A stretch of 64,000 bases of DNA from assembly GCA_965222225.1 (NCBI GenBank), contig CBDCTK010000002.1, forward strand, positions 3,456,001 through 3,520,000. The letters run 5' to 3'. The position numbers and the translations under genes are program-made. Position 1 is the stretch's first letter. Every line of letters starts with the position of its first letter. Shown in pieces: positions 8,934 to 18,406 of this stretch. The notes under the pieces are model-generated. The model was not told the origin of the DNA. It made no database searches and worked only from the letters and a program-made list of their open reading frames with translations. This DNA is from Candidatus Poribacteria bacterium. GTDB lineage: Bacteria > Poribacteria > WGA-4E > JAJDTR01.

Positions 8934-11123
8934 TTAGTTGATAAACAAGAATGATCTGGAAGAAACAACTGCCCAAAGCAAGTCTTCAAAACCTTCCTGT
9001 CGTGATGGACTTCCCGCAATGTATTGATTTGCCTCAGTCAACTCTATTTCTGAGGGCGAACGACTTAAGACCTTGAGATAAAGATCGGTTATTGCCTGTT
9101 CATCCGTCTGCTCGGAACCAATCAGACGCGTGATTATGTTGTTGTCTGCACTAATTTTGTCGTTGACATACGGAGAATTGATAATGTGTAATGCTTGTGT
9201 AAGTGTCGGTTCAAGCTTCGGTTCAAGTTCCGAGAGGACCTCTCGATTCGACATGCCGAAAAGCGATAGAAACCTTCGACCAACCGGCAACGGCAATTGG
9301 ACAGCCCGCGTACCCATCGGATATTGTCCAAAGTTCTCCCGAACTTCCACTACATCGTTCAATGCATCAAGGAACACCTGCGCAAGCATTGGTCGCGGGT
9401 AAAAGCGAGAGAAAAAGCGGTCATCAAGTTCGTTTGTTTCGTTGGGAATGGAAGACAATTGATAAGTCCTCGAATTCAAGATAAGTCTAATAGCGTGTTT
9501 CGTATCGAAACCGCTACGCACAAAATCCTCCGATAACGCTTCCAATAATCCTTCCACGGTCGCAGGCGTAGTTTCGCGCATGTCGTCAACCGGATGAATA
9601 ATCCCTCTGCCGAAATAGTTGCTCCAGAGTCGATTTACCGTCGCCTTGGCAAAAAATGGATTGGTTGGAGAGGTCATCCAGTCTGCGAGTAACTCCACGT
9701 AATCGCCCTGATACCGTTGTTCCACCGGATCGCCACCGAGAACGGTGGGAACCGCTTCCTCCCCTCGGTTGCCCAGCACCGATTGATTGATGACTTGCCC
9801 CGTTGGGTTGTAGTAAATAACTCGTTCTTGGTACAGTTTGCCATCACGCGTCGCAACCTTTCCGCTGAACGCTGCAAAGTTCCAATAATCATCCGTCGTC
9901 CACCGATCAAATGGATGTTTATGGCAGCGCGCACAAGTCAAACGCAATCCGAGAAATGCTTGGGCTGTTGTTTCGGCACGGCCATCGGGATTCACTTCAA
10001 TGCGATAATAATTTGCAGGCCCGACCTGATAGGTGCTACCCCGTGCCATAAGTATCTCTCGAACGAATTGGTCATAAGGTTCGTTTTCTTTAACACTCTT
10101 AAGTATCCACTCGTGAAAGAGGGTTGCGCTCCGCATGTCCAGTCCGGCACCGCCGAGCAACCGCGGATGACACCGCAGCATGTCACCGAGCCTTAACGTA
10201 CGAAGGTCAATAAATTCGGGTCGTTCGAGGAGTTCATCAATCAAAGCCGCTCTCTTGTTGACATCGCGGTTTTCAACAAACGCTTTTAGTTCATCGGGTG
10301 TCGGCAACTTTGCGATGGTATCCAAGTAGACGCGCCGGATGAACTCCTCATCGCTCGAAAGCGCTGATGGAACGACATTAAGCTTTTTCAGCTTCGATCC
10401 GACAAAAGTATCAATAAAGTTGTTTGCTGGAAATTCAGGATAATCATCCAACCCACTCTCGCGCGGCATAGTCACGAATGCGGCGGAAACTTGCCCCAAG
10501 AATCGCGCGAGAATTGCTGTCCCACCCCAACGCATGCTGGTCACTAATCCATCTTCGCTTACCTCTGCAATCGGCTCATCACTCGATTCATAAACCGTTT
10601 TGTGCGTAACATCTTCTACGGATCCATCCGTAAAATACGCCAAAGCCTTGAGTTGTTGAGTGTCGCCAACCGCTGGTAGAACGAATTCGTCCGGATACAC
10701 CTCTAGACGTTCAATGCGCGGATCCGAAGGCGAAAACGGCGCTCCTGCCTCCAGCCAGCGCAGAATCGTGAGATATTCTTCGGAATTGACGCTAAAACGC
10801 ATTCCGCCCTCGTGGCTTACCTGTTCCGTAGGTTTAAGCAGAAACAGACTGCGATCTGGTTCAATTAAATTCACGCGCCTTCCGCGGCTGTCGGTAACAA
10901 TCGGTTGATAATCAGCCTCCGGATCCAGTGTAAGTAGTGAAAGATCAAACCCTCCCTGCCCCCCAAATTTTCCGTGGCAGAGCGCTGTTGAGCACCCGCT
11001 CCGATCCAGTATGGGCGCAACGTCATTGAGAAATCGCGGAACACCATCATCGGTTTTTGCCTGCGCAACTGCCGCGGTGCATACGATGACCACAATCGCC
11101 GTCCACAGAATTGTCCGCACCAT
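8934..11123 (-). CDS. DUF1549/DUF1553 (PSCyt2/PSD1) protein with an Ig-like Big_2 domain
   Basis: GCSTALCHG, DEEFIRRVYLD, LTCARCHKHPFDRWT, VNRLW..YFGRGI; usual partner of DUF1501. Confidence 0.9.
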   Translation of the reverse strand: MVRTILWTAIVVIVCTAAVAQAKTDDGVPRFLNDVAPILDRSGCSTALCHGKFGGQGGFDLSLLTLDPEADYQPIVTDSRGRRVNLIEPDRSLFLLKPTEQVSHEGGMRFSVNSEEYLTILRWLEAGAPFSPSDPRIERLEVYPDEFVLPAVGDTQQLKALAYFTDGSVEDVTHKTVYESSDEPIAEVSEDGLVTSMRWGGTAILARFLGQVSAAFVTMPRESGLDDYPEFPANNFIDTFVGSKLKKLNVVPSALSSDEEFIRRVYLDTIAKLPTPDELKAFVENRDVNKRAALIDELLERPEFIDLRTLRLGDMLRCHPRLLGGAGLDMRSATLFHEWILKSVKENEPYDQFVREILMARGSTYQVGPANYYRIEVNPDGRAETTAQAFLGLRLTCARCHKHPFDRWTTDDYWNFAAFSGKVATRDGKLYQERVIYYNPTGQVINQSVLGNRGEEAVPTVLGGDPVEQRYQGDYVELLADWMTSPTNPFFAKATVNRLWSNYFGRGIIHPVDDMRETTPATVEGLLEALSEDFVRSGFDTKHAIRLILNSRTYQLSSIPNETNELDDRFFSRFYPRPMLAQVFLDALNDVVEVRENFGQYPMGTRAVQLPLPVGRRFLSLFGMSNREVLSELEPKLEPTLTQALHIINSPYVNDKISADNNIITRLIGSEQTDEQAITDLYLKVLSRSPSEIELTEANQYIAGSPSRQEGFEDLLWAVVSSRSFLFIN

Positions 11124-11246
11124 TTTTCCCTCCCGAAATCTTTCTGCAAATCCAAGTCGCTTCGTTTACTGTGTTTTTACAATTTCCACTCGGGCTACCA
11201 ACAACCATCTACGCAAGTATGAGTCCACTTATACCATCCCATCTAA

Positions 11247-11275
11247 AGTATATCATAATACTCCTGCGGTGTCAA
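11247..11275 (-). promoter_or_regulatory. Sigma70-type promoter for the DUF1549-DUF1501 genes
   Basis: Minus strand TTGACA-17 nt-TATACT. Confidence 0.7.
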
Positions 11276-11309
11276 CACCTGACAAGCAAGAAATTTCCTT
11301 TAATTAACC

Positions 11310-11497
11310 TAACCCAAGTTGCTATCCATTCCTGTAGGTCGGGATCAAGCGACTGAAAAAGGAGCGCGATAGAAATCCCTTCTAGCCCGACCCGCAAATA
11401 TGCCATGGATTGGCAATTTACTCCAAGCAGTGATTGGCTCGATTCAACTCACATTCTCCCGGTATGCAACATTTTCTATAAGTAACAACTTGGGGTA
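11310..11497. mobile_element. MITE-like element with the same end family as 6102-6227
   Basis: TAACCCAAGTTGCTA ... TAACAACTTGGGGTA; contains GTAGGTCGGGAT[35-nt unit 11346-11380]TCTAGCCCGAC. Confidence 0.65.
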
Positions 11498-11560
11498 ATT
11501 ATGTGATTTGTGATGTTTGCTTATGATGAGAATTTGACATCGCTGTTACTGCGGACGTCG

Positions 11561-11641
11561 GTAGCAGCGATAAACTGAGCGAATAGATTGAGCGAGCGAA
11601 CGAATAATGAGGGCGATAGAGATTCCTCTCCGGATCGCGAC
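11561..11641 (+). repeat. GTAG-type REP interrupted by a 56-nt insert (partial plus full 35-nt unit)
   Basis: GTAGCAGCGAT[11572-11627]CTCCGGATCGCGAC compared with intact GTAGGAGCGATCTCCGAATCGCGAC at 19408 and 32933. Confidence 0.8.
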
Positions 11642-11719
11642 CTACAGGTTTCTAGCAGCGAATTTCGATCGTCATATCGAAGATGGAATCCCCTCTTTGC
11701 ACGTCCGGTAGGGTATTCA

Positions 11720-11767
11720 TTTAACGATATGCTGTCATTTAAGGATATACTGTTTAAGGATATACTG
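11720..11767 (+). repeat. Three 15-bp direct repeats upstream of the polymerase promoter
   Basis: TTTAACGATATGCTG (11720), TTTAAGGATATACTG (11738), TTTAAGGATATACTG (11753). Confidence 0.8.
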
Positions 11768-11837
11768 GCTGAAAATTTCGATTTTTGTAGAAACGGGCAA
11801 TAAATTGCGCTACCACGAACTTTTTTTCAATTTAGGC

Positions 11838-11866
11838 TTGACATGCTTACGGAGAGAATATACACT
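11838..11866 (+). promoter_or_regulatory. Sigma70-type promoter of the DNA polymerase gene
   Basis: TTGACA-17 nt-TACACT, about 85 nt before the ATG. Confidence 0.7.
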
Positions 11867-11949
11867 TAATGTGTGTTAAGTTTATTTGAATGGGATAATC
11901 TGCGCTGAGAAACCCCTTTCCCCCTACGAAAGGGCTTTAAAGCACGACA

Positions 11950-14052
11950 ATGTATCCATCCACTAATATGAACCCCTCAACCGAATTGGCACAGCGGTTA
12001 ACAGACTGCTCCTCAGGCTGGATAGAAGCCATTGATACTGCCATAGTCCGAGGGACTGCCGAGCCTATTCTACTTGAAGCCACACAATGCTGGCGAGCCG
12101 GGGCGTACGAACACGCTGATTTGCTTGTGGCAATGGGCGAAACGGTAGATCACACCGTCGTCACCGAGAAAGAGACGTTGGCATCGGTCCTTATGCCTCT
12201 TGCGGATGCTGATGTCGTTGCGATTGATACGGAAACGTATGCCCCTTCTGAAGTCCGTACTAGGGCAGAATGTGCGGAATTTGAATTTTCGCACCTAAAG
12301 TCTATGCTTGCACTCGCTAGAGAAACAGTTAGGCTGGCGACAACACAGGCACAAAAGCGGGCGGCGAAAGCCATGTGTGATGCGACTAAAGATCAACTCA
12401 AAGCGGCGAAGGCGAGGCTCAAAAACGCGAAGACATCACTCAAAGAGGCGGGTTTGGATCCGCATCAATCAAGAATCCGGCTGATTCAACTAGTGGCGAA
12501 AAACCAACCCGTGATCGTGGTTGATCTTGATGCCTTTGATAGTGTGAGTGAATTGCAACCACTTCAATGGGTGTTGATGAACGATGCCGTGAAAGTATTT
12601 CACAATGCGAATTTTGACATAAAAATGTTGTGGTCAAGCGGTTTCAATGTGAACGGTCAGATTTTCGACACAATGCTCGCGGCGAGGTTGCTCAGTCCGT
12701 CTGGGCGTGTCACTTTAACCGAAGTTGCCCGCACATATCTTGATATATCGCTGCCTAAAGGAGCGCAGACGAGCGACTGGAGCGGTGATTTGACTGATTC
12801 GCAACTGCTTTACGCCGCCCACGATGCACGGATACTCCTACGTCTGGGAGAATGTTTGAAATCGCGGCTCGCCGATGATGCCCTCACCGAAATTGCAAAG
12901 ATTGAGTTCGATTGTGTTCGGGCGACCGCAGAAATGGAATACTCCGGAATGAAGCTGGACACAGATCAAATAAACCGTTATCGGCGTCGCGTCGAAGCTC
13001 GACGGATGGAACTTCAAACAATTTTATACGGTTATCTGGGAGAGATAAACCTCGCCAGTCCAATCCAACTCAAAACTGCACTGGCAAAAGCCGGTGTTGA
13101 GGCGGAAAGTACATCCCGGCGCGCGCTATATTTCCTGGTCGGTAGTCATCCCTGCATTTCAGCCTTATTGACGTACAAGAAGCTATCCACCCTAATAACT
13201 TCATTCTTTAACCCGGTTCCAAGGGCAACCTCTACCCACACAGGACGCGTACACGCAAATTACTGGCAACTCGGCGCAGCGACGGGTCGATTTTCCTGCT
13301 CCGGTCCAAACTTCCAACAGGTGCCTCGCGACTTGGACGTGCGAAGATGCTTTATCGCTGAATCTGGCAAAACATTGGTAATTGCCGATTATTCACAGAT
13401 TGAATTACGTGTCGCAGCGGCAATCAGCACTGATCGAAAAATGATTGAGGCGTACCGCAACGGTGAGGACTTGCATCGACTGACCGCTTCACTCGTGCAA
13501 AATATCTCTCCAGCGAACGTGACTCAAGAACAACGCAATGCTGCCAAGGCGATTAATTTTGGATTGATTTACGGGATGGGCCCAAAAGGCTTGATGTATT
13601 CGGCGAAAGCTAATTACGGTGTCGAGATGAGTTTGGTGGAAGCCGAGACATTCAAAAGACGTTATTTTGAGGCGTATTCCGGAATTCGCGCGTGGCATCG
13701 GAAATCAGGCTGGGAATTGAAATACACCAACAAGCAGAGAACGCTTTGCGGCAGGCGGTTCGTCTGGCGGGAGCCGCCATCGTTTACGGTCTTTGTGAAT
13801 CGGCAGGTGCAGGGGACAGCCGCTGACATCGCAAAAATTGCCCTGGGGCGCCTTCCATTTGCCCTAAAGGGAACGGAAGCAAAAATCATTGCAATGATTC
13901 ATGATGAAATCATTATCGAAGTCCCGGAAGCGAACGCCCACGACGCCGCTGCGATTCTCCAGCGGACGATGGAAACCGCCGCTAACGAAGTCCTGAAAAC
14001 CGTACCCGTTGTTGCAGAAGCCCGAATCGCTGACAACTGGGCGCAAAAGTAA
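11950..14052 (+). CDS. Family A DNA polymerase with 3'-5' exonuclease and no 5'-3' nuclease domain
   Basis: ExoI AIDTET, ExoII FHNANFD, ExoIII YAAHDA; TGRFSCSGPNFQQVP; motif A ADYSQIELR; motif B RNAAKAINFGLIYG; motif C IHDEI. Confidence 0.95.
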   Translation: MYPSTNMNPSTELAQRLTDCSSGWIEAIDTAIVRGTAEPILLEATQCWRAGAYEHADLLVAMGETVDHTVVTEKETLASVLMPLADADVVAIDTETYAPSEVRTRAECAEFEFSHLKSMLALARETVRLATTQAQKRAAKAMCDATKDQLKAAKARLKNAKTSLKEAGLDPHQSRIRLIQLVAKNQPVIVVDLDAFDSVSELQPLQWVLMNDAVKVFHNANFDIKMLWSSGFNVNGQIFDTMLAARLLSPSGRVTLTEVARTYLDISLPKGAQTSDWSGDLTDSQLLYAAHDARILLRLGECLKSRLADDALTEIAKIEFDCVRATAEMEYSGMKLDTDQINRYRRRVEARRMELQTILYGYLGEINLASPIQLKTALAKAGVEAESTSRRALYFLVGSHPCISALLTYKKLSTLITSFFNPVPRATSTHTGRVHANYWQLGAATGRFSCSGPNFQQVPRDLDVRRCFIAESGKTLVIADYSQIELRVAAAISTDRKMIEAYRNGEDLHRLTASLVQNISPANVTQEQRNAAKAINFGLIYGMGPKGLMYSAKANYGVEMSLVEAETFKRRYFEAYSGIRAWHRKSGWELKYTNKQRTLCGRRFVWREPPSFTVFVNRQVQGTAADIAKIALGRLPFALKGTEAKIIAMIHDEIIIEVPEANAHDAAAILQRTMETAANEVLKTVPVVAEARIADNWAQK

Positions 14053-14108
14053 CAAACACCCGTGTCGGTCAACGGGCGAGTGAGTTTCCCAAACATGCTG
14101 CGCGGTTG

Positions 14109-14137
14109 TTGACATCCTTTTGAATTCCTGATAAAAT
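14109..14137 (+). promoter_or_regulatory. Sigma70-type promoter downstream of the polymerase
   Basis: TTGACA-17 nt-TAAAAT. Confidence 0.6.
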
Positions 14138-14181
14138 ACGCGCACCTAGCCCGAAACAGAACTTCTGCGGTTGAACCCCCG

Positions 14182-14239
14182 GTAGGAGCGATCTCCGAAT
14201 CGATCAACCGAACGAATAGTGAGGGCGATAGCTTTTCTC
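14182..14239 (+). repeat. GTAG-type REP joined to a 35-nt unit
   Basis: GTAGGAGCGATCTCCGAATCGAT followed by CAACCGAACGAATAGTGAGGGCGATAGC (unit 14205-14239). Confidence 0.8.
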
Positions 14240-14363
14240 CAAAACTCATGACATGGATGCACTGTCATTTTAGAGAACTGGTATTATAATTCAGCGATTC
14301 ACCCCGGTTCCCATGCTGCGGGAGCTTTAATAGCCACCGACGACTAATCCTTAAGGACAACAA

Positions 14364-15749
14364 ATGATAGACACAACCTATCTCCTCAACGACAAACAGA
14401 TGCGGGATTTCATCGTTAACGGGTATGTGATTGTCAAGACGGATCTGCCACGGGATTTTCACGATGAGATTTACAAAGCCACAAACACAGTGTTTGAAAA
14501 GGAGGGCAATCCGGGCAACAACCTTTTGCCTCGCATTCCCGAAATTCAGCGTGTGCTCGAAGACCAGACCGTCCGTGGCGCGTTGACGAGTCTCTTAGGC
14601 GCGGATTACTATATGCAGCCCCATCGCCACCCCCATATTAACCCGCCAAAAAGCAAGGGGCAAAACCTGCATCAGGATGGCGGCAAACGCTGGTCGCATC
14701 GGACGCGTCGTTTGCTGGTCTTCTACTATCCACAGGACACGCCGGAAGAGTTGGGCCCCACCAGTATTGTTCCGGGGAGCCACTACTATTGTACCCCTGA
14801 AGGCGGTAAGATTCGGGGCGAAGTTCCACTTTCCGGAGAATCCGGCACCGTGACCATCGCGAACTACGACCTTTGGCATAGGGCTATGCCCAATCGAACC
14901 GACATGCCTCGCTACATGATGAAATTCCTTTCCGCCCGCATGTCGGAACCCGATTCACCTTCATGGAATACTGACCAGCCGGACTGGATGAGCGACACAC
15001 CAATTGGCAACCCCGAGCATCAGACATTGTTCAAGCATGTTTGGGATTGGCACCACGGCAAAACTACTTCAAATACTGAAGCCAACGGTGCTCCCGGTGA
15101 CGCGATAATAAGCAAACTGATAGCAACGCTGTACGATGGCGGCGAGTCGGTATGCCTCCGCGCTGCATATCAACTAGCCGCATTCGGCGTGCTAGCTATT
15201 CCCGACTTGGTAGCGCTGTTGGAGGAAGAATCAGAAGTCGTCCGTCGAAATGTGTGCTATGCCTTGAGTGCCATCGGTGCGCCCGCCGTCGCCCCCCTGA
15301 TTCACGCCCTGGAAGCTAAGAATTGGTGGACCAGTGATAGCGCGGCGGAAGTGCTGGGAGATATGGGACTTGATGCGCAGGAAGCCGTGCCGGCGCTGAT
15401 GCGTGCGGTGCGAGACGAATCGGATGCTGTCCGCTCTCATGCTGCGGAGGCATTGGGAACAACAGGGCAATTATCCGCCGCCGCTGTCCCGGCGCTGATT
15501 ACCGCACTGCAGGATGCGGAAGGATCCGTCCGTCGCAACGCGGTGTTCGCGTTGGCTCAGCTGGGACCGCACGCTAGGGATGCCGTACACGCACTACAGA
15601 ATGTCCTCTTCGACGAAAACCGATATGTGCGTGGAGACGCTGTGAACGCGCTTCATCGTATTGGCACAAAGGAGGCGTCGGATGTGTTGCTTCGCTATCT
15701 AACCATGTTCCGCTGGTGCCCGTTGACCACCCGAGAGAGTACGCATTAA
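14364..15749 (+). CDS. PhyH-family dioxygenase fused to HEAT repeats
   Basis: LHQD, IVPGSH and DLWHRA in the N-terminal half; repeated AVPAL..AL.D....VR..AA.ALG in the C-terminal half. Confidence 0.9.
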   Translation: MIDTTYLLNDKQMRDFIVNGYVIVKTDLPRDFHDEIYKATNTVFEKEGNPGNNLLPRIPEIQRVLEDQTVRGALTSLLGADYYMQPHRHPHINPPKSKGQNLHQDGGKRWSHRTRRLLVFYYPQDTPEELGPTSIVPGSHYYCTPEGGKIRGEVPLSGESGTVTIANYDLWHRAMPNRTDMPRYMMKFLSARMSEPDSPSWNTDQPDWMSDTPIGNPEHQTLFKHVWDWHHGKTTSNTEANGAPGDAIISKLIATLYDGGESVCLRAAYQLAAFGVLAIPDLVALLEEESEVVRRNVCYALSAIGAPAVAPLIHALEAKNWWTSDSAAEVLGDMGLDAQEAVPALMRAVRDESDAVRSHAAEALGTTGQLSAAAVPALITALQDAEGSVRRNAVFALAQLGPHARDAVHALQNVLFDENRYVRGDAVNALHRIGTKEASDVLLRYLTMFRWCPLTTRESTH

Positions 15750-15875
15750 AAAATAACGGAATTAGTAGCTTGTAGCTTTTAGACTGACGACAAACATAAA
15801 ACTTGGTACCCTGTCGTAAATCTTTTCGTCACACGTAGATGTCCATAGTGACTATTCTTCTCGTAGGAGTTTGCT

Positions 15876-16730
15876 ATGGACATTTTGAATCTTATGAAAG
15901 AGTTTCCAAATCAAGAATCTTGTCTCAGATTTATAGAGGAAAAACGTTGGAAGGACGGTGTTTGCTGTATCCACTGTGGCAGTGAAAAAGTTGGACGCAA
16001 GAACAAAAACGACATTACTACTGGTTGGAATTGCTACGATTGTGAATCTAGCTTTTCGGCTACAGCAGGAACCATCTTCCATGGTACCAAGATACCTCTC
16101 CAGAAATGGTTTTTGGCTATCTCAATTCTTTCCAATGCCAAGAAAAGCATATCGAGTTGTCAGCTTGCTCGTGACTTGGACATGAATCAAAAGTCCGCTT
16201 GGTATATGGCAATGCGCCTCCGTGAGAAAATGAGTGATAGTGATGAATTGCTGAAAGGGATAGTTGAAGCGGACGAAACCTATGTCGGCGGCAAACCCAG
16301 AGCAAAATCTAAGAGAGGTAGAGGCACAAATAAATCTCCCGTCATCGGCGTAGTCGAGAGAGGCGGTCGGGTGGTTGCTAAATTCATGAAGGTTCTATCT
16401 GGTGAAAATATCAGAGAATTCATCCTTAGCAATGTCTCACCCGATGAGTCTATTCTTATGACTGATGAATTTCGCTCTTACAATAGTCTGGACGAAGATA
16501 TCGAAAGACATGTTATCCATCACCAAGAGAGATATGTTTCTGAGGACGGCGTAACTCACACCAACACCATCGAGTCGTTTTGGGCTTGTGTCAAGAGGTC
16601 ATTCTACGGAACGCATCATCACTACAGCAAGAAGTGGCTGCCACTGTATATCATGGAGTCTTGCTGGAAATATAATCGCAGAAAAGATGATGAGATTTTC
16701 ATAAGATTTTTTGATGAATGCTTCACCTGA
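15876..16730 (+). mobile_element. IS1595-family (ISXO2-like) transposase
   Basis: Zn ribbon CIHC...CYDC; TAGTIFHGTK.PL.KW; catalytic EADETYVGG, LMTDE, HTNTIESFW; AT-rich relative to neighbours. Confidence 0.92.
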
Positions 16731-17150
16731 GCCACATGAATTGTTTGGCTATCGGTATATTCTGTCAACGACAACATCATGGTGTGCTGAAAATCCCATA
16801 GTGTTGGAAATTAAAATCCCGCAGATAACCCGCAATGCTCCCGCGAGCATGTACAAACGCTTGGTCAACATGATATGCCTCCATTTCTCTCTTATAGAGA
16901 TGTATTTTAGTGTGAATCAAGATTCCGAACACTGTCTAAAATGATTGTACATTAAGAAGAGAAAAGCAAGCAAATCGACCAAAAAGCAGTTAACTACTAA
17001 GTCCCAAAAATAATCATCTGATTTAAAGCAAACTTCGGGAACAAATTTTATGTTCTGACACGGCTCACGGCGCTCCGATTCTCCTGCCGCTCCTGCTAGA
17101 TTAACAAATCCAGCAGATATTGAGTTCGAGTCTCCCGCTCCAGAGTAAAT

Positions 17151-17185
17151 CAAACGACTGGACAGGGAGTGCGATAGAGATCCCC
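17151..17185 (+). repeat. 35-nt dispersed unit
   Basis: CAAACGACTGGACAGGGAGTGCGATAGAGATCCCC. Confidence 0.75.
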
Positions 17186-17648
17186 ATGTTGATAGAAAGC
17201 GTGCATAACTTCAATCTTCTGCTCCAAAGGAGCAGCATGTTTATAGATAACAGTAGACCCATCATCTTCGGAGGGATGACTTATTAAGGATGGCGCGAAA
17301 GAAAATCTTCCACTCTTCCATCCTTCCAATCTTACTGTTCCTAACGAAAGTAGCGTCAATTCTGAGATATCAAATTGTCTTGAGCCGCAACTACGGATTC
17401 ATACCAAAATTTCATACCCCCATTCCCATGGCTTCAATGTCGAAACTGGGTAGAATCCAGTCATAGCACAAGTGTTTCCCCTTTTCTGTCTCTATTGAAA
17501 ACCCGCGTTTGTTATGAAAAGTATGAAAAATATGAAATTTCCCACGACGGCATAACGATGTTTTTCAAGTCGCGCCTAGGACTTTCAAGCAAACTCTAAC
17601 TGTACACCGAACTACATCCCGGCAAAAGTCAATTGAGGTGAAGTTGAA

Positions 17649-18365
17649 ATGGATAAGACGGCAATTATATCCGGTGTTGGTCCCGGTTTGGGAGCTTCGC
17701 TTGCGAGAAAGTTCGCAAAAGAGGGATGGGCGGTTGGTTTGCTTGCACGCTCTTCCGACTACATTGAAAGCCTAGCTCAAGAACTAAATGAGCATGGCGC
17801 AAACGCGCTTGCAATTTCAACGGACATCACGCAATCCAATCAAGTTGCGGACTGTTTTGCGAAGATTCGCAAGCAACTCGGCTCGGTAGATGTTCTGGTA
17901 AATCATGCGGGAAATGCGGTATGGAAAACCTTTACCGACCTAACACCACAGGAGTTCGAACAATCGTGGCGGGTTTGTGCGCTTGGCTCATTTCTCTGTT
18001 CTCAGCACGCCGTGCCGGATATGCTCGCTCGCGGAAGCGGAACGATTCTTTTCACCGGCGCCACCTCTGCGATTCGAGGAAGAGGCGCGGCGTCAGCCTT
18101 CAGCAGCGCGAAATTCGCTGTCCGAGGGCTCGCATGGTCGCTTGCCCGCGAAGTTGGCCCCAAAGGCATTCACGTTGCGCACGTGATCATTGATGGCGTA
18201 ATCGACACCCCCGGTGTCCGATCAAGCCTGTCGGACGACGCGGACGAGCCGCTGCTTAATCCGGACGCCATTGCCCAAACATACTGGAGCCTGGTGCTTC
18301 AAGAGAAAAGCGCCTGGAGTTTCGAGGTTGATTTGCGGCCCCACAATGAAGAATTCTTCACTTAG
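17649..18365 (+). CDS. Short-chain dehydrogenase/reductase
   Basis: SGVGPGLG, VNHAG, FTGATSA, FSSAKFAVRGL, GIHVAHVIIDG. Confidence 0.92.
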   Translation: MDKTAIISGVGPGLGASLARKFAKEGWAVGLLARSSDYIESLAQELNEHGANALAISTDITQSNQVADCFAKIRKQLGSVDVLVNHAGNAVWKTFTDLTPQEFEQSWRVCALGSFLCSQHAVPDMLARGSGTILFTGATSAIRGRGAASAFSSAKFAVRGLAWSLAREVGPKGIHVAHVIIDGVIDTPGVRSSLSDDADEPLLNPDAIAQTYWSLVLQEKSAWSFEVDLRPHNEEFFT

Positions 18366-18406
18366 TTGCGGGCATCACACTATTCTATTGAAGAGGGTTT
18401 CCGACG

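Noticed and set aside
12241-12450. Intein in the polymerase
   Set aside because: No N-terminal Cys/Ser block, no His-Asn end, and too short
11950-16730. Prophage or polymerase-encoding mobile element
   Set aside because: No integrase, structural genes or att sites; the IS1595 is separated from the polymerase by a metabolic gene
17306-17333. Short 8-nt tandem repeat (TCTTCCAC TCTTCCAT CCTTCCAA TCTT)
   Set aside because: Low-copy degenerate simple repeat with no evident function
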